Assembly: GCA_051362555.1 (NCBI GenBank)
Contig: CM120648.1
Coordinates: 20,146,587-20,210,586, forward strand
Origin: Lingula anatina
Lineage: Eukaryota; Animalia; Brachiopoda
Direction: 5' to 3'
DNA length: 64,000 bases
Position 1 is the first letter of the stretch. Each line of letters starts with the position of its first letter. A program made the position numbers and the translations under genes. Of this stretch, positions 41,068-55,000 are shown one piece after another. A model generated the notes under the pieces. That model made no database searches, had not been told where the DNA came from, and saw only the letters and a list, made by a program, of their open reading frames with translations.

Positions 41068-41215
41068 ATGATGAATTACTGCAGGGTATTTGATCGAGAG
41101 AAGATAACTAATTTTACAAGCGTTCACAGACTGCCTGCGGTGGTAACAATCCAAGGTGAAGGAACTAAAACCATAAACGGAGGAGAGACGGCGAGGTGGC
41201 TTTGAATCAAGACTC
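41068..41215 (+). pseudogene. Possible THAP-domain remnant of another DNA transposon
   Basis: MMNYCRVF..HRLPAVVTIQGEGTK..EERRR.W pattern with frameshifts; possible continuation (HTDWV) near 47190. Confidence 0.4.
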
Positions 41216-41534
41216 TTCGGAAAAGTAAAGGATAAAACTAATTTATTTTATAGCAAAGAATGAAGAGCCAGCTGTGCAGATTTTACCATAAAAGAAAAAA
41301 CAGTAGAAAACCAAAGACCTAGGTGTGTACGTTTGGGACGCACGTACACTGCATATATATATTTAAAGTACTGTGCCCAAAAAGTTGGGTGGAGAGAGTG
41401 TTAATTTGTTAAAACGTGTGGAAATACCCAGGCAGGGTTTCGACTTTTATAATGAAGACTCACCTATTGCTTTGGTGTAATTTGTTATCAGTTACGGTGC
41501 TCTCTAGATTTTATCGGCTGTCACCTACCTCTTT

Positions 41535-44500
41535 TATAGGATAATTATTTATGTAGACTTATGTAATTTACCTTCTGTTTCAGATAGCGATCATTGTCAA
41601 GTTGGACCAATAAACGCTTAACGACAAATAGTGCAGTGTACTTATTTATGATCGCTATCCCATACCTGACAACATGCCGGCGGTCCAGTGCCCAATAGAA
41701 AGCTGTGACTACACCACAGATGACCTTGATGCAACTATCGTAGCAGCCCTACTCACCACACACAGCTCTGTTCATACCAACGCTCCTGTTACTGCAGCCA
41801 AAGTGGAGAAAGTCAAGCGGCCCACGATATCAGCCTGCGGTACCAGTGAAGAGTGGTCATACTTTCAGTCCAGATGGACAGAATATGCCGATGCAACAAA
41901 GATAGCTGGCAAAGACAGGGTTATCCAATTGCTGGAATGTTGTGATGACCCCTTGCGAAAAGACCTAACTAGGACAGCAGGTGGAAGCCTTGCGAACAAA
42001 TCCGTTGATGAGGTGATGGCCGCAATCAAAGCATTAGCTGTATGCACAGAGAACACAATGGTGGCTAGAGTGACACTACAGAACATGCGCCAAGACAGAG
42101 ATGAACCTGTCCGCAACTATGGAGCCCGTCTAAAAGGCCAGGCAGGAGTATGCAAATTTTCTGTCTTATGCCCCAGTTGCAACACTGCTGTAAGCTACAT
42201 GGAGGAGATGACCCGTGATGTTCTAACCTGTGGATTAGCAGACTCTGAGATCCAAATAGACCTTTTAGGGGATAAGAACCAGGACATGACATTGGGAAGC
42301 GCTCCGCATCACGCCTACAAGAATCCCAAGCAGCTGAGGCCATCGGTAGCACTTACCGTCGCAAGAAAAAAGAGACCCCCACCCCTGCCGAAAAACCACC
42401 CCAGGACCCCTGTGGCTACTGCGGGAAAACTGGTCATGGCAAGGCTGCTCCTCTACGCATTCGTAAGAGAGATTGCCCCGCCTTTGGGCACAAATGCCAG
42501 ACCTGCACACGATACCACCACCTTGAAATAGTGTGCCGTAGCAAAGACAAACCCAAGCCGAGCCAGAAGACTGCTTCCTGTCATGAGGCAGATGACTGTG
42601 AAGGCGCCGTCTTTGAATCGCTCTGCTCTGTCACCATCACAACACAACATACGAAAGGCAGGGCCATTGCTTTAGATCATCATATCTATGATCAATTGAA
42701 TGACACGTGGGTGCGAAGAGCTTCCAAACCACAACCGTTCGTCAACCTCAGAATCACGGTCTGTGCAGATGATTACAGAGAGCTAGGCTTCAGCCTTCTA
42801 TCCTCAGCCAATAGAACACCAATAGAACATCCATCAATGGCTGACACTGGTTGTCAGAGCTGCCTTGCTGGCATTAAGGTAATCCAACGTCTAGGCCTGA
42901 AGCGACAGGACCTGATCCCAGTCACTATGAAGATGCACACTGCTGTCAACAATGGCATCAACATTCTTGGAGCAACTATACTTCGCTATGCTGGGAAGGG
43001 CCCATCTGGCAAACTGGTGGAAACAAGACAGATGACATATGTCACCGACAGCTCTGACAAGCTCTTTATCAGCAGGGAGGCATGTATTGCACTTGGCATC
43101 ATACCAAAGACCTTCCCGACTGTGGGTGCATATCACATGTCGCAGTGTGCTTCCGTGTTCCCTGACATTACCCTTACAGCACGTGGCGCTGATGCCCAAC
43201 ACACATGCACTTGCCCCAAACGTCAACCACCTCCCCCGCCTCCAACGAAGCTGCCTTTCCCTGCGACAGAACAGAATTGTGGGCGACTGAAGGAATACCT
43301 TCTGGACTATTACAGGTCCAGTACGTTTAATACATGTGATCATCAGCCCTTGCCCCTCATGGACAGCCCGCCAATGAAATTGATGGTAGACCCTTCTGCT
43401 GCACCAGTAGCCTATCACACTCCAATACCAGTCCCACTTCACTGGCAGGAAGAAGTGAAAGCAGGACTTGACCAAGATGTCAGACTAGGGGTCATCGAAC
43501 CAGTCCCAATTGGCGAGCCAGTCACCTGGTGCCACCGCATGGTTGTATGTGCAAAGAACAATGGCAGGCTACGCCGCACAGTTGATCTACAGGCTCTGAA
43601 TGCACATGCTACACGAGAGACCCACCACACCCCTTCTCCTTTTCACCAAGCCAGGGCTGTGCCCCAAGGCAAAAAAAAAGACAGTTCTAGATGCTTGGAA
43701 TGGATATCACAGTGTACCCATTCGTGAGGAGGATCGCCATCTTACAACGTTTATCACACCCTGGGGCAGATACCGATACAAGGTTGCTCCCCAAGGGTAC
43801 ATTGCTTCAGGTGATGGGTACACCAGGAGATATGACGAAATTGTCTCGCACATCACCAACAAAACCAAATGTGTCGATGATGTCCTACTTTGGTCCAGCT
43901 CAATAGAGGGGAGTTTCTTCAAAGCCGTAGAGTGGTTAGACATCTGTGGTAGACATGGCATCACTCTGAACCCAGAGAAGTTTGTCTTTGCACAAGATGA
44001 GGTGGAATTTGCAGGATTTGACATTACCCTGGATAGTGTCAAGCCCAGTTCCAAGTACCTTCAGGCCATCTTGGACTTTCCCACCCCTCGAAACATTACT
44101 GATGTGCGATCATGGTTTGGTTTGGTCAACCAGGTATCATATGCCTTCAGCATGGCAGACAAAATGCTTCCCTTTAGATGTCTTCTTCAACCTGGAACCC
44201 CCTTCAGATGGGACGAGGATCTCAACAGTCTCTTCGAAGAATCCAAGGCTGTCATCTCCAAGGAAATTGAAGAGGGGGTCCGAATATTTGACAAGTCCAG
44301 GCCCACATGCCTTGCAACTGACTGGTCCAAAAATGGAATTGGGTTCTGGCTCCTACAGAAGCATTGCTCTTGCCAGCCTATCCGACCATTCTGCTGCCCA
44401 TCTGGATGGAAGATTACTCTTGTAGGCAGCCATTTCACCCACTCTGCTGAATCGCGATATGCCCCCATCGAGGGTGAAGCCCTAGCTGTTGCTGATGCTC

Positions 44501-46836
44501 TGAACAAGACAAGGTACTTTGTCCTTGGATGTCATGACCTCATCATTGCAGTTGACCACAAGCCATTACTGAAGGTCTTTAGCGGCAGGTCCCTTGATGA
44601 TATCAACAACCCCCGCCTAAGAAACTTGAAGGAGAAGACCCTCAGATACCGTTTCCAGATGGTACATATACGTGGGGTCAAACACCTTGCTGCAGATTGC
44701 GTATCTCGTCATCCCACAGGAGATCCAGATAAGCTCCCACTCCCTGACGACGTTGCTACTGTCAGCCAACATCACCCTCTGTCTCAAATCCGATCCCCTG
44801 CCCCCAATCACATCCCCATGGAGGAAAACATGATCTCTGCACTTACATCCTCTCTGGCATCCATCACCTTGAAATCAGTGACCTGGGACAGAGTACGCAC
44901 AGCAACCACAAGTGATGCAGATATGGCTATGCTAGCAGACTTAATAACCTCAGGTCTGCCAGAGAGCCGCCAAGAGTTCCCCATCAAGCTTCGCGAGTAT
45001 CATCAGTTCAAGGAGGACCTCAGCACAATCGATGGAGTTGTGTTGTATAGAGACCGTGTAGTCATCCCACCTGCATTAAGGCAAGACGTCCTCTCTACAT
45101 TGCACAGTGCCCATCAGGGGATCTCCTCTATGATAACCAGAGCCGAGTCCTCAATCTTCTGGCCTGGCATTACACCCGATATAATATCCACCAGAACAGG
45201 TTGCAACCACTGCAACCGCATGACCCCCTCCCAACCGAGTGCACCTCTGACACCATTGATATATCCTGACTACCCATTCCAGTGTGTCTGTGCTGACTAC
45301 TTCCACTACATGGGTAATAACTATCTTGTCATTGTTGATCGGTATTCCAACTGGCCGATTGTGGAGAGAGCATCCCAAGGAGCGGCTGGCCTGATAGCTT
45401 CTCTTCGACGGACCTTTGTCACCTTTGGCATAGCCGATGAGCTATCCTCAGATGGGGGACCGGAGTTCACATCAACTGCCACCAAGAAGTTTCTTTCTGA
45501 TTGGGGTGTACATCATCGTATGTCATCAGTAGCCTTTCCCCATAGTAACTGCCGTGCTGAAGTTGGGGTTAAAACAGTAAAACGCCTCATCACAGACAAT
45601 ACCAGCCCTAATGGTGACCTGGACACGGACAGCTTTCAGCGTGCTATGCTTCAGTACAGGAACACCCCGGACAGAGACACCAAACTCTCACCGGCAATGT
45701 GCGTCTTTGGGCACCCCATCCGTGATTTCATCCCCATTCCACCAGGGAGATATAAACCACACACCACTTGGCAAGAGACCCTTAAGGCTAGGGAGGAAGC
45801 GCTCAGAAATCGCCATATGAAGATGGCAGAACGCCTTACGGAGCACACCAAGAGACTTGCACCCCTTGCAGTAGGGGATCGTGTCCGAATCCAGAATCAG
45901 ACAGGCCCTCACCCCCTGAAATGGGACAAGACTGGGACCGTGGTTGAAGTACGGCAGTTCGATCAATATGTTGTGAGAGTAGATGGCTCGGGACGAGTCA
46001 CATTACGGAACAGGAAATTCCTCCAGCGTTACACCCCAGTCCTGCAACCCACACCTATCTAGACCATAGACCGTGATCTTCAGCTTCCGCATGTTACCCC
46101 ACCACTTGCCAAACTTGCAGCTGATCAGGAGACGAGGAAGGAAATCCCTGGCTCTCCTCCAACACTCCCTGCCAAGGTTGCCACTGATCAGGAGGAACGC
46201 AAGGAAGAAATCCCTGGCCTACCTGCAACACCTAAGGCCAAGGCTACCCCACACTCTCATGACACACAAACGCAGTGTGAAACCCCGCCATCATTGACTG
46301 CACCACCCATACCTCAACTGTTCAACACACCCTCACCCGCCACAGATACGCCATCCAAAGGGACCATCACCCCAAAGCGCCGTCTTTTACCTTTGGGGAA
46401 TGCATCCCCACCTAGGCCAGTCAGTGTTAGCACACGTGTTTGTACCCCTCCACGCCCCAGGATAGTGGATAGTCAACCTGGAATGTCCCAGCCTCTTACC
46501 ATGGATCAACCTAGACGCTCCACTCGTGCCACTCGACCCCCAGCTTGGCAAAAAGACTGCACATCAATGTTTGCCGTTCCTGTTGTCGTTTGCATATTCA
46601 GTTTAACTGTTACTTTGTAGTTTACTTGTTTTCATACACTAGTGACCTCTCATGGATCATTGAAACATTTCAGTCTTTCTACTGACTTTGGTTATCAGTG
46701 AACCTAAAGACTTGGGGGGAGATATAGGATAATTATTTATGTAGACTTATGTAATTTACCTTCTGTTTCAGATAGCGATCATTGTCAAGTTGGACCAATA
46801 AACGCTTAACGACAAATAGTGCAGTGTACTTATTTA
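41535..46836 (+). mobile_element. Gypsy LTR retrotransposon 3 (Mag-like), frameshifted
   Basis: 114-bp LTRs at 41535-41648 and 46723-46836; TSD TCTTT (41530-41534, 46837-46841); PPT GGGGGGAGA. Confidence 0.92.
41674..46062 (+). pseudogene. gag-pol of Gypsy 3, frameshifts near 42293 and 43675
   Basis: Gag; two zinc knuckles (CGYCGKTGH..C, CQTC..HH..C) in the frame of ORF 42531; ADTGC protease; CVDD RT; TDWS RNase H; HQG..CNHC, SDGGPEF, RAEVGV integrase. Confidence 0.9.
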
Positions 46837-48324
46837 TCTTTAATACCTGGTTAGCATTATAGCCAATTAGTGTCAAGGCTATTTTGTACTGTACACAGCT
46901 GAGCTGGGCCAATTAAATCAATTACCTGTATGAAGTGTATTTGGAAGTTAGTGGCTTAATTTTCGATTTGGTGTAGTGATAAGAGTAATTTTATTTTGCA
47001 AGTAAATTCTTCCTCAGGTGTAATTGACATATAACCTCATGAAATGAATTTGCACTTTCCTCTGTAAAAATGTTAAATTCTGCTCCTTTCAACTATAATG
47101 TTGTAAGTTACAATATAAATAAAAATCACTATTGTTATCTTTCTATTAATTTACATTTAGGAAATTGATCAGGCATTTCCCACCAAGCCACACTGATTGG
47201 GTGCAAGTAAATCATTATATATAAAAAAAAAACGGAAGCTTTTGATGACAGGTACGAAAGGCAGCTAGATGACACACAAGGTAGAAGCAGCAAAAATATT
47301 CCTAGATCTTTGTGACCAGCTGAGGAGACAGGATCTGAACATCAAGAGAGTGAAATCCAGTGCATGACAGGAGTTATTTAATTGAAGCAACACTCAGAAC
47401 TCGGCATTTCATGTTCACTTTTATTCATACAAAATGTGCACTTTTCTTATATGTTTAAGCAAATGGTTGCAGAAATGAGGATCCATTCATGAACTGAATT
47501 ACTGTTATTTTACATTGAACATCATAAATACATAAGTGTGAAAAATGCCTCGCTTCTGTGAATGACTGAATAATAATAAAATCCTAACAATGTTGCTTAT
47601 ATGAATGGTTGCATTCATGGTGAATATTAAACTCTCTCAAACAACAGTCTTGTTACATGTACTTTCTAATGAACCAATATGAAGTACAAGAATGCTGAAA
47701 TAATTTCTGACAGCTTCACGATGTAGAGATAAGTCATAACTGACAGCAATATTTCATGTCATAAGACAATCCTGCATACATTCTTCCTTGAGTCCACAAG
47801 GGTTTATCCTGATGATCAGCTCAAATTTCTCCTTATATCTATCCTTTATGAAAAAAGTTGCGTGCGCAACATAGCGATCCTTTCGAGATTCTGAGCCCAG
47901 CTCTCTCCAACACTACGGTCCTGGCAACAAACACAGCAGACACATCAAAGCCGAATACGTCCTCACCTGTCCCGATGGCAATCACAGTGCTATCCCCGGG
48001 ACAAAGTCCAATCCGGAGTCCAATCGCAACGAGCAAGGCTCACTCAAGACGATCGACACAAATGTCTCTCTAACGAAGCCTAATAAGCACTTCGTGTATC
48101 TTTACGTACAGGTAGCTATCAGTCGTTACGATGACAAATTGACGATTACTTTGAGATCTCACCTTGTAGAAGGGTGTGACTGGTTGAAAATCCGTTCCCT
48201 CCCATACGGTGGATGGAATGTGCTATTGTTCAACTGAGAAGTACAGTCACCGTTTGTTTGCTATCTACCCAAGATCTCCGTAAAGTTCAGAGGATCGTCA
48301 ATATCGTTGAAAACAGGAAAAGCT

Positions 48325-48456
48325 GAATCCTGTCGACGGCGCCATTTGTAACCGAGTATCACAACAAACATCGACTGAATCTCAGAAGAATCAGCTTCTT
48401 TATTCCTGTACATACATACATGCCAACGTGACAGTGTGAGTAAAAATAACTCAACA
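48325..48456 (-). mobile_element. Probable LTR plus PBS remnant of a fourth LTR element
   Basis: Minus strand TGTTGAG...AATAAA...GGTTACA, then AA, then TGGCGCCGTCGACAGGATTC (resembles a tRNA-Ser PBS); no partner LTR in the window. Confidence 0.5.
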
Positions 48457-48831
48457 ATACTGTTGAGCGGGTAATTTATATTTCCCGCTCACGTGACTAA
48501 CAAAGCTCACGTGACCGCCAAAAGGGCGGTGTTGTAGATAAAGTAATAAAACTTGCTGGTTCAATTTTTTTTATTATTATTTCACAGTTTTACATTACTT
48601 CCACGTGTGTGTATCACAACTCCGCATGGAGTTCCCTCTCTAACATGAAAACACGTGTGCCAATAAACATGTAAGAACTCCGCATGGAGTCCACACTCTC
48701 CAACCTTTTAGAACTACTCACTTTTTTACACTAGAGGGACCCACTGTATAGTCACCTCTAACACAATTGGTTTCACCATACAACAATATTTGACAGGCGG
48801 GAATGCTTTCGTAATGTTTCACCCTATTACA

Positions 48832-49022
48832 TGTGTACTGTGTACCTTGATAACCCTAGCTGTCTCTTCCATGTCTCCCAGGTCAATGTGTGTGTGTGTG
48901 TACTGTGTACCTTGATAACCCTAGCTGTCTCTTCCATGTCTCCCAGGTCAATGTGTGTGTGTGTGTGTGTGTGCGTACTGTGTACCTGGATTACCCTAGC
49001 TGTCTCCTCCATGTCTCTCAGA
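48832..49022. repeat. Three tandem copies of an exon 3' end plus splice donor, separated by (GT)n
   Basis: ACCCTAGCTGTCTC(T/C)TCCATGTCTC repeated three times. Confidence 0.85.
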
Positions 49023-52000
49023 TCAGCTACTGTGTACACATGGTTTGGCTCAGGTGCCGGAGATAACTTGTTACACTCTGCGATGAACTGAAGCCGTTAT
49101 TATGGAAAAAATGCAACAGACACTCAATTGTTCAAATTGCAATACCAATAAGTAAATTACAGAGCAGCTTTTGTAAAGGAAAATAAAATCGTTAATTTTT
49201 TTAAACAATTGTAGTGTTTTTGTCACTGCCAAGAGCATCCTGGGATGTCTGCTGCGCATTTGGGGACTGCGCAGGGGCGCTCACATATAAACTAACACCA
49301 GCCCATGTGACGCCCCAGATCCCGGTAGATCTTCACCAGTGAAGAAGTACAAAGCTCCTCCAAGTTGACGTACTCTCACAGCATAGTGCCACACATTAAC
49401 AGAAGGACCAGGCAATACTCTCAGTAAGTACCAGAAGTGTTTGTTTCTGCTATTGAATTAGAGTAAAACACTTTATTGGCGACGAGGTACACACGACCTC
49501 TTAGCATAAAGCTGTTGCAAGCCATTAGGTAATTTCTCCTTTGTTCGACGCCATATTGAAAAATTCGGCGGGCGGGGGTCAAGTTTTTGAAACTTCACAG
49601 TAAGTTCTTAACTTTCGGCCGTAAAGTTACCGCGTAGGGAACGGGGAGTATTCCTTTTTGGTTTGTTTACTTTGACATTCAGTAAAACAGCACTTATTGA
49701 GAAATTGCCTGTCGTAAGGGAGACGTTGTTCTCGTACATCTGTTCAAGGCACGTGCAATAGCAATATTGTACTAACCATCTTATTTATTGCATTTTTAAC
49801 TATTTGTTATCACATTTCAATTTTTGTCCTTTTCTGGTACAATTGGATTTAATAGTTGGTTGTTTTACTGGCACAGGGTTAATTTAAATTTTGTTTATTC
49901 CTGGAATATTGATATTAGTTATTTAAACGATTGATATATTCTGTGTACTGGGATAAACTTAATCACTTATCTGTAAATTATTAGTTTCATAAAAATTTGA
50001 TTCTAGATTTATAGATTTAGTGAAAATTTATCTTTCTCTTTTTGAATTTCCATTGGTGGGGTTTTTTCTAAATCTTTCCGGTGTTGAGTGCCAGTTAATA
50101 ACTTGCTATTTTTTCTGATTAATTGTGTTAGATTTTACATCAACACAATGGCAACTTCTTCCCAGTTGGTAGATGTCAATTCTGCTACATTGGAGGATTT
50201 AGTTGATGTGCCAGGAATTGGTCAAAAGCGTGCTGAGAAAATTTTATCTGTGAGAGAAAGAGGTATACGCCTTAATCAAAATATCTTACAACAACTTTTT
50301 GGTCAAACTATATCATCTAAAATTATGCCCTACCTTCAGTTTGAGTCTTCTCATATAAAAAGTCAGGGTGGGGCAAAACCTAAATCAAAAAGGCATACTT
50401 CTACTTCCGCAGATATTTCGAAGCATGCTAAATCTTTGGATCTTGGACGTGATTCGTTTAGGCGCTCTCTCTTTTTTCCAACAGAGGGAGAACCTATTAG
50501 AACACTCAATGATGGTGATGAAATTTTGGAATTACAGCAAAAGATTTCTGATTTAAAACTAAAACAAGCAGAAATCAAACAAAAAAGTAAGGAAGTGCAG
50601 AAAGCAGCTTCCATATCTCCAAAAACATACAGGAGATTGCATACATTACCACATTCTGAGAAATCTAATAGGTCACGAGAAAGTCGTGGCGTCAAATCTG
50701 TCTCACATAAGAGATCATCTTTGCCTGTAGATTTTCTTGATGCACATTCTCTTGGAGCACGCATGCATGATACCACTCAGAATAGGGGTCACACTTCTTT
50801 TCAGGGTACTTCGGTGCATGGTGCACATTTCTCAGGTAAAAAGGTTTCCTCATCTTTTATTCCCATACCTTCTGGTATTGGGAATATTTCCTCTCATCAC
50901 CATTCTCGTCTTTCTACTCCGCAGTCTGAATTGTCTACTACCTCATCTGAGGAATCACTTGATTCTACAGCACAAGGTGAAAGTTTTCATAAAAAGCACT
51001 CTTTTTCACACTTGTCCAAGGGTAAAAAAACAACACACACCCTTCCAGATGAAGTGGACTTTTCACATCCACCCTTTATTTCGCACGGTCAAGCACAGAA
51101 AATCGCACCATCTTTATCAGGCAATAAACACCCATTTTATTTAAGACCTGAACCTCAAGGTCGTCAGAGACCTGTTTACTACATAACCGGAGAAGAAGAT
51201 GATGACGCTCCCATTTTTATACGGCCAACAAAATCTTTTAAAATTAAAAAAGATAGGGGTGATCCAAAAGATCTACCCAAAAACTTACATTTTGATGGAA
51301 AAAATAATTGGGAAGCGTTCAGACATCGCTTTGAAAGTTATAGGGATGTAAATGAATGGTCTGACAACCAGTGTAAGGATTACCTTTCCTGGAGCCTTGA
51401 GGGTAGGGCCTTAAGCTTTTTTACAAAATTTACTCGTGATTGGGATAAATATTCCTATCAGCAAATCATGAGTAAATTAGAGTCTGTTTTTGGTACGGAG
51501 TTCCTACCAGAGACGGCTCGGGCTGAATTCCATCAATCAGTCCAACTACCTACTGAAACACTCAATGATTGGGCTTGTCGCGTAATGAGTTTGGTCACTG
51601 ATGCCTATCCGGATCTCCCAGATTCTTTCACTGTTAAAGAGGCTATTACTAAATTCTGTCAAGGCTGCCTAGATCCGGAAGCAGGTAAACATGCCCGTCT
51701 TTCACATCCCATTTCCATGGAAGACGCCATCAATAAAGTTCGCTACTATCAGCATGTCTGTCAGGATTCCTCTGATACCAAAAAGCGTGGGAGAAAATCT
51801 CGTGACGATTTGGTTATTAATCAGGTGGAACCCGAGCAGTCTGTTGATGATGGTGAACCCCCATCAAAAATTGAACAACTGTTGGAAAGCATTTTAGAAA
51901 CACAAACCCAAATTTTAAAACCCCCTGAACAACCCTCAGTCAATTCCCTCGAAATTAAATCTTTAGAAGACCTTGAAAAAATAATAGAACAAGTCATTTT

Positions 52001-55000
52001 AAAACACAAATCAATTGAATCGGCCTCTCAGTCAAAAAGACCTGTACAGACTTGTTATTTTTGCCAAAAACCCAACCATTTTAAGAGGGATTGTCCAAAG
52101 TATAAATTTTGGTTAAAAAAGCAAAAAGCAAAATTGGCCCAATCCAACAGTGTAGATTACAATTTAAAAGCCTAGGGGCCAGGGTAATTGACCGTATCCC
52201 TGGTACCCCTTCCCTCCACGGTCAATCAGTGACTCAAACCATGCCTAACTCCGTCATGCATGAAAGAGTGAATCTTGCTAGTGGTTCTACTGCCTCTACT
52301 CACTCCAGTCAATCCAATATCCAACAATATTCAACCCCCATTATGGAGTCCCAGCCTTGTAACACCCTAGGCAGTATGCCTTTCCATAATGGCAGGGGGA
52401 GTGGTGGTAGTAGTTCTGCTTATAACGAGACCAGACGTCTAGATCCATCTATCCGTTCTGGAAACTCTAGAGATCCCTCTAATGTAAGGAGAAGGCGGGT
52501 TTACACAAACCAAAGTGCACAGCCCATTCCGCGTGTTCAGCAGATTTCCATCGGGTCTTCATTCATTCGACTTAGAGTGGGTCAGACAGTGGTAAATGCT
52601 AGATTAGACACTGGGGCGGAAGCTACAGTGCTCTCTTCGAAAGTTTACAACAGTCTGAAAAACAAGCCGGCTAAACTCGAAAATTGTAAAATGAGATTAG
52701 CTGGGAATAACTCTATGTTGAATGGCTTTTTAATTGAGCCAATCTCCATGCAAATTGGGTCATACCAATTTGCTGAGCAGGTTTATGTCGCCCCAATTCA
52801 TGATGAAATGCTCCTTGGTCATGACATCCTCCAACACATGGGTGCTATCTTAGACCTCCGGGATAATGCGCTTGTTATAAATGGTGAGCGGGTTCCTGTT
52901 ACTACTGAAATATCCAAAGGCCAAAAACCAACAATTGCTAGAGTAACCTTATCTCAAAAAGTAGTGGTTCCTCCAAATTCAGTAATGCGGGTTTCTTGTA
53001 GTATTAGTGAGCCCTTAGAAGAATACATTGTAGAATCAGTCAATGAGGGGGGAGAGTTACTCATTCCACGTACATTGCAATCTAAAACAGCAAGGCCAGT
53101 AGTATGTATAGTAAACCCCACTAGCCAATTTAAAAAACTCCCTAAAGGCAAAAACATCGCCAGCGCATGTGAGATTGGTCAAATTTTAGAAAGCAATGAA
53201 GGTTTAGATTTCTATCCGCAGACTGGTTCCAGTGCTTCATACGCTTTAGCCGGTGAAACTGGAAACACCACTGCTGAAGAAACTAAACACCCGATCAATA
53301 ATTCACTTGAACCTTCAGACCCAACTACCTCAGTATACGCTTTAGTCGTTGCTGTAGGTGGTAATACTGAAGTAAAAGCAAGTGAATTCAATGCCCAAAA
53401 TCCAAGTAGAGCCCTGTCCATCCCTTCTCAAGTATACGCTTTAGTCGGTACTAATAGAGAAAAGACAGAACTCGATCTTGGAAGTCCTATATGTCCCTCA
53501 CTTAGAGACCAAAATGATACATCTGCAGTAGACACTTTAGCTGATGCTGATAGTAGTAGATTGGTTCTCAATCATGGTGGGACATATCCCGAACAAGACA
53601 TACTTGTTAATAGGTCCCTTTCTAATGGTGTTTGCATTCAATGTGCTACACTTAAACAGGGGGGGACTGTCCCCAAAACAAGTATTTTTCACAACAATGA
53701 CACACTTGAGAGACTGCCTGTGTTAAAGGGCCCTCGTACTTCGCGTACTTTTTCCATCCGCGGCAGGTCAGTTCTTGAAAGTGAAAACCCGAATTGTGAC
53801 TCACTCGATACACAGTTAAAGAACCTGAATCACTGCTGTCTGTGTGGTGTTTATTTGGGAGATTCGACTGTTAATTCGAGTGAATTTCGCGTAAATTCTG
53901 TAACCGAGCAGCAAAGTCTACATGATGCAAAGTCCTGGGAAAATGCAGACTCAATCTTGTCAAAGATACCTGATCATGTAAAATCAGTTTTTGAAACATC
54001 TAAACAAAATTTAACTGCAAGTCAGCAATGTCATCTTGCTCAAATTCTCATAGAATTTCAAGACGTTTTTGCAAAAAATGAATATGATCTGGGTAACTTT
54101 GATGCCATTGAGCATGGCATTGACACTGGCCAAGCTCAACCCATAAAACTACGTATGCGGAGGACTCCTGCGTGTTTTGTTGAGGAAGAGGAAGCGCATC
54201 TAAATAAGATGTTAAAGGCTGGTGTAATCCAGGAATCGACATCAGACTGGGCTGCAGCACCGGTGTTAATCAGAAAACGCGATGGTTCGGTGCGTTGGTG
54301 CATAGATTATCGCGCACTGAACAACGTAACTGTCAAGGATACATACCCGTTACCTCTAATGGAAGATTGTCTGGATACACTTTCTGGTAAGACCTGGTTC
54401 TCCAAGTTGGATGCCAATTCAGCGTACTGGCAGATTAAGGTTAAAAAGGAAGATCGTAAAAAGACAGCTTTCATTACGAAGTATGGTCTGTTCGAGCATG
54501 TGCGCATGGGCTTCGGTCTTACTAACGCGCCCGCGACGTATTCACGTGTAGTCAATCTGTTGATGAGAGGGTTAACCTGGAAAACAGTTTTGGCTTTCTT
54601 GGACGACATACTGGTAATGGGTGAATCCTTTGATAGTCACATCATAAACCTTAAAGAGGCATTGGGGAGATTCCGCTTGTACAAAATAAAACTCAAGCCA
54701 AAAAAGTGTTTATTCTTTCAAACTGAAATTGAGTTCCTAGGGAGAATTGTTTCACAAAACTCCATCAAAATGAATCCTAGGGACATAAACACAGTTATAT
54801 CTTGGCCAAAACCCTCCAATACTAAAGAGTTGGAAAAATTTCTAGGGTTGGTTAATTACCACAGGGGTTTTATTAAAAACTTTGCAGAACTCTCACAGCC
54901 TCTTTATAAACTCACGGGCAAACGCCCATTCATCTGGGGTCCAGACCAAACGAGAGCATTCGAAGCATTAAAGAGAGCATTAACCACACCACCGGTTTTA

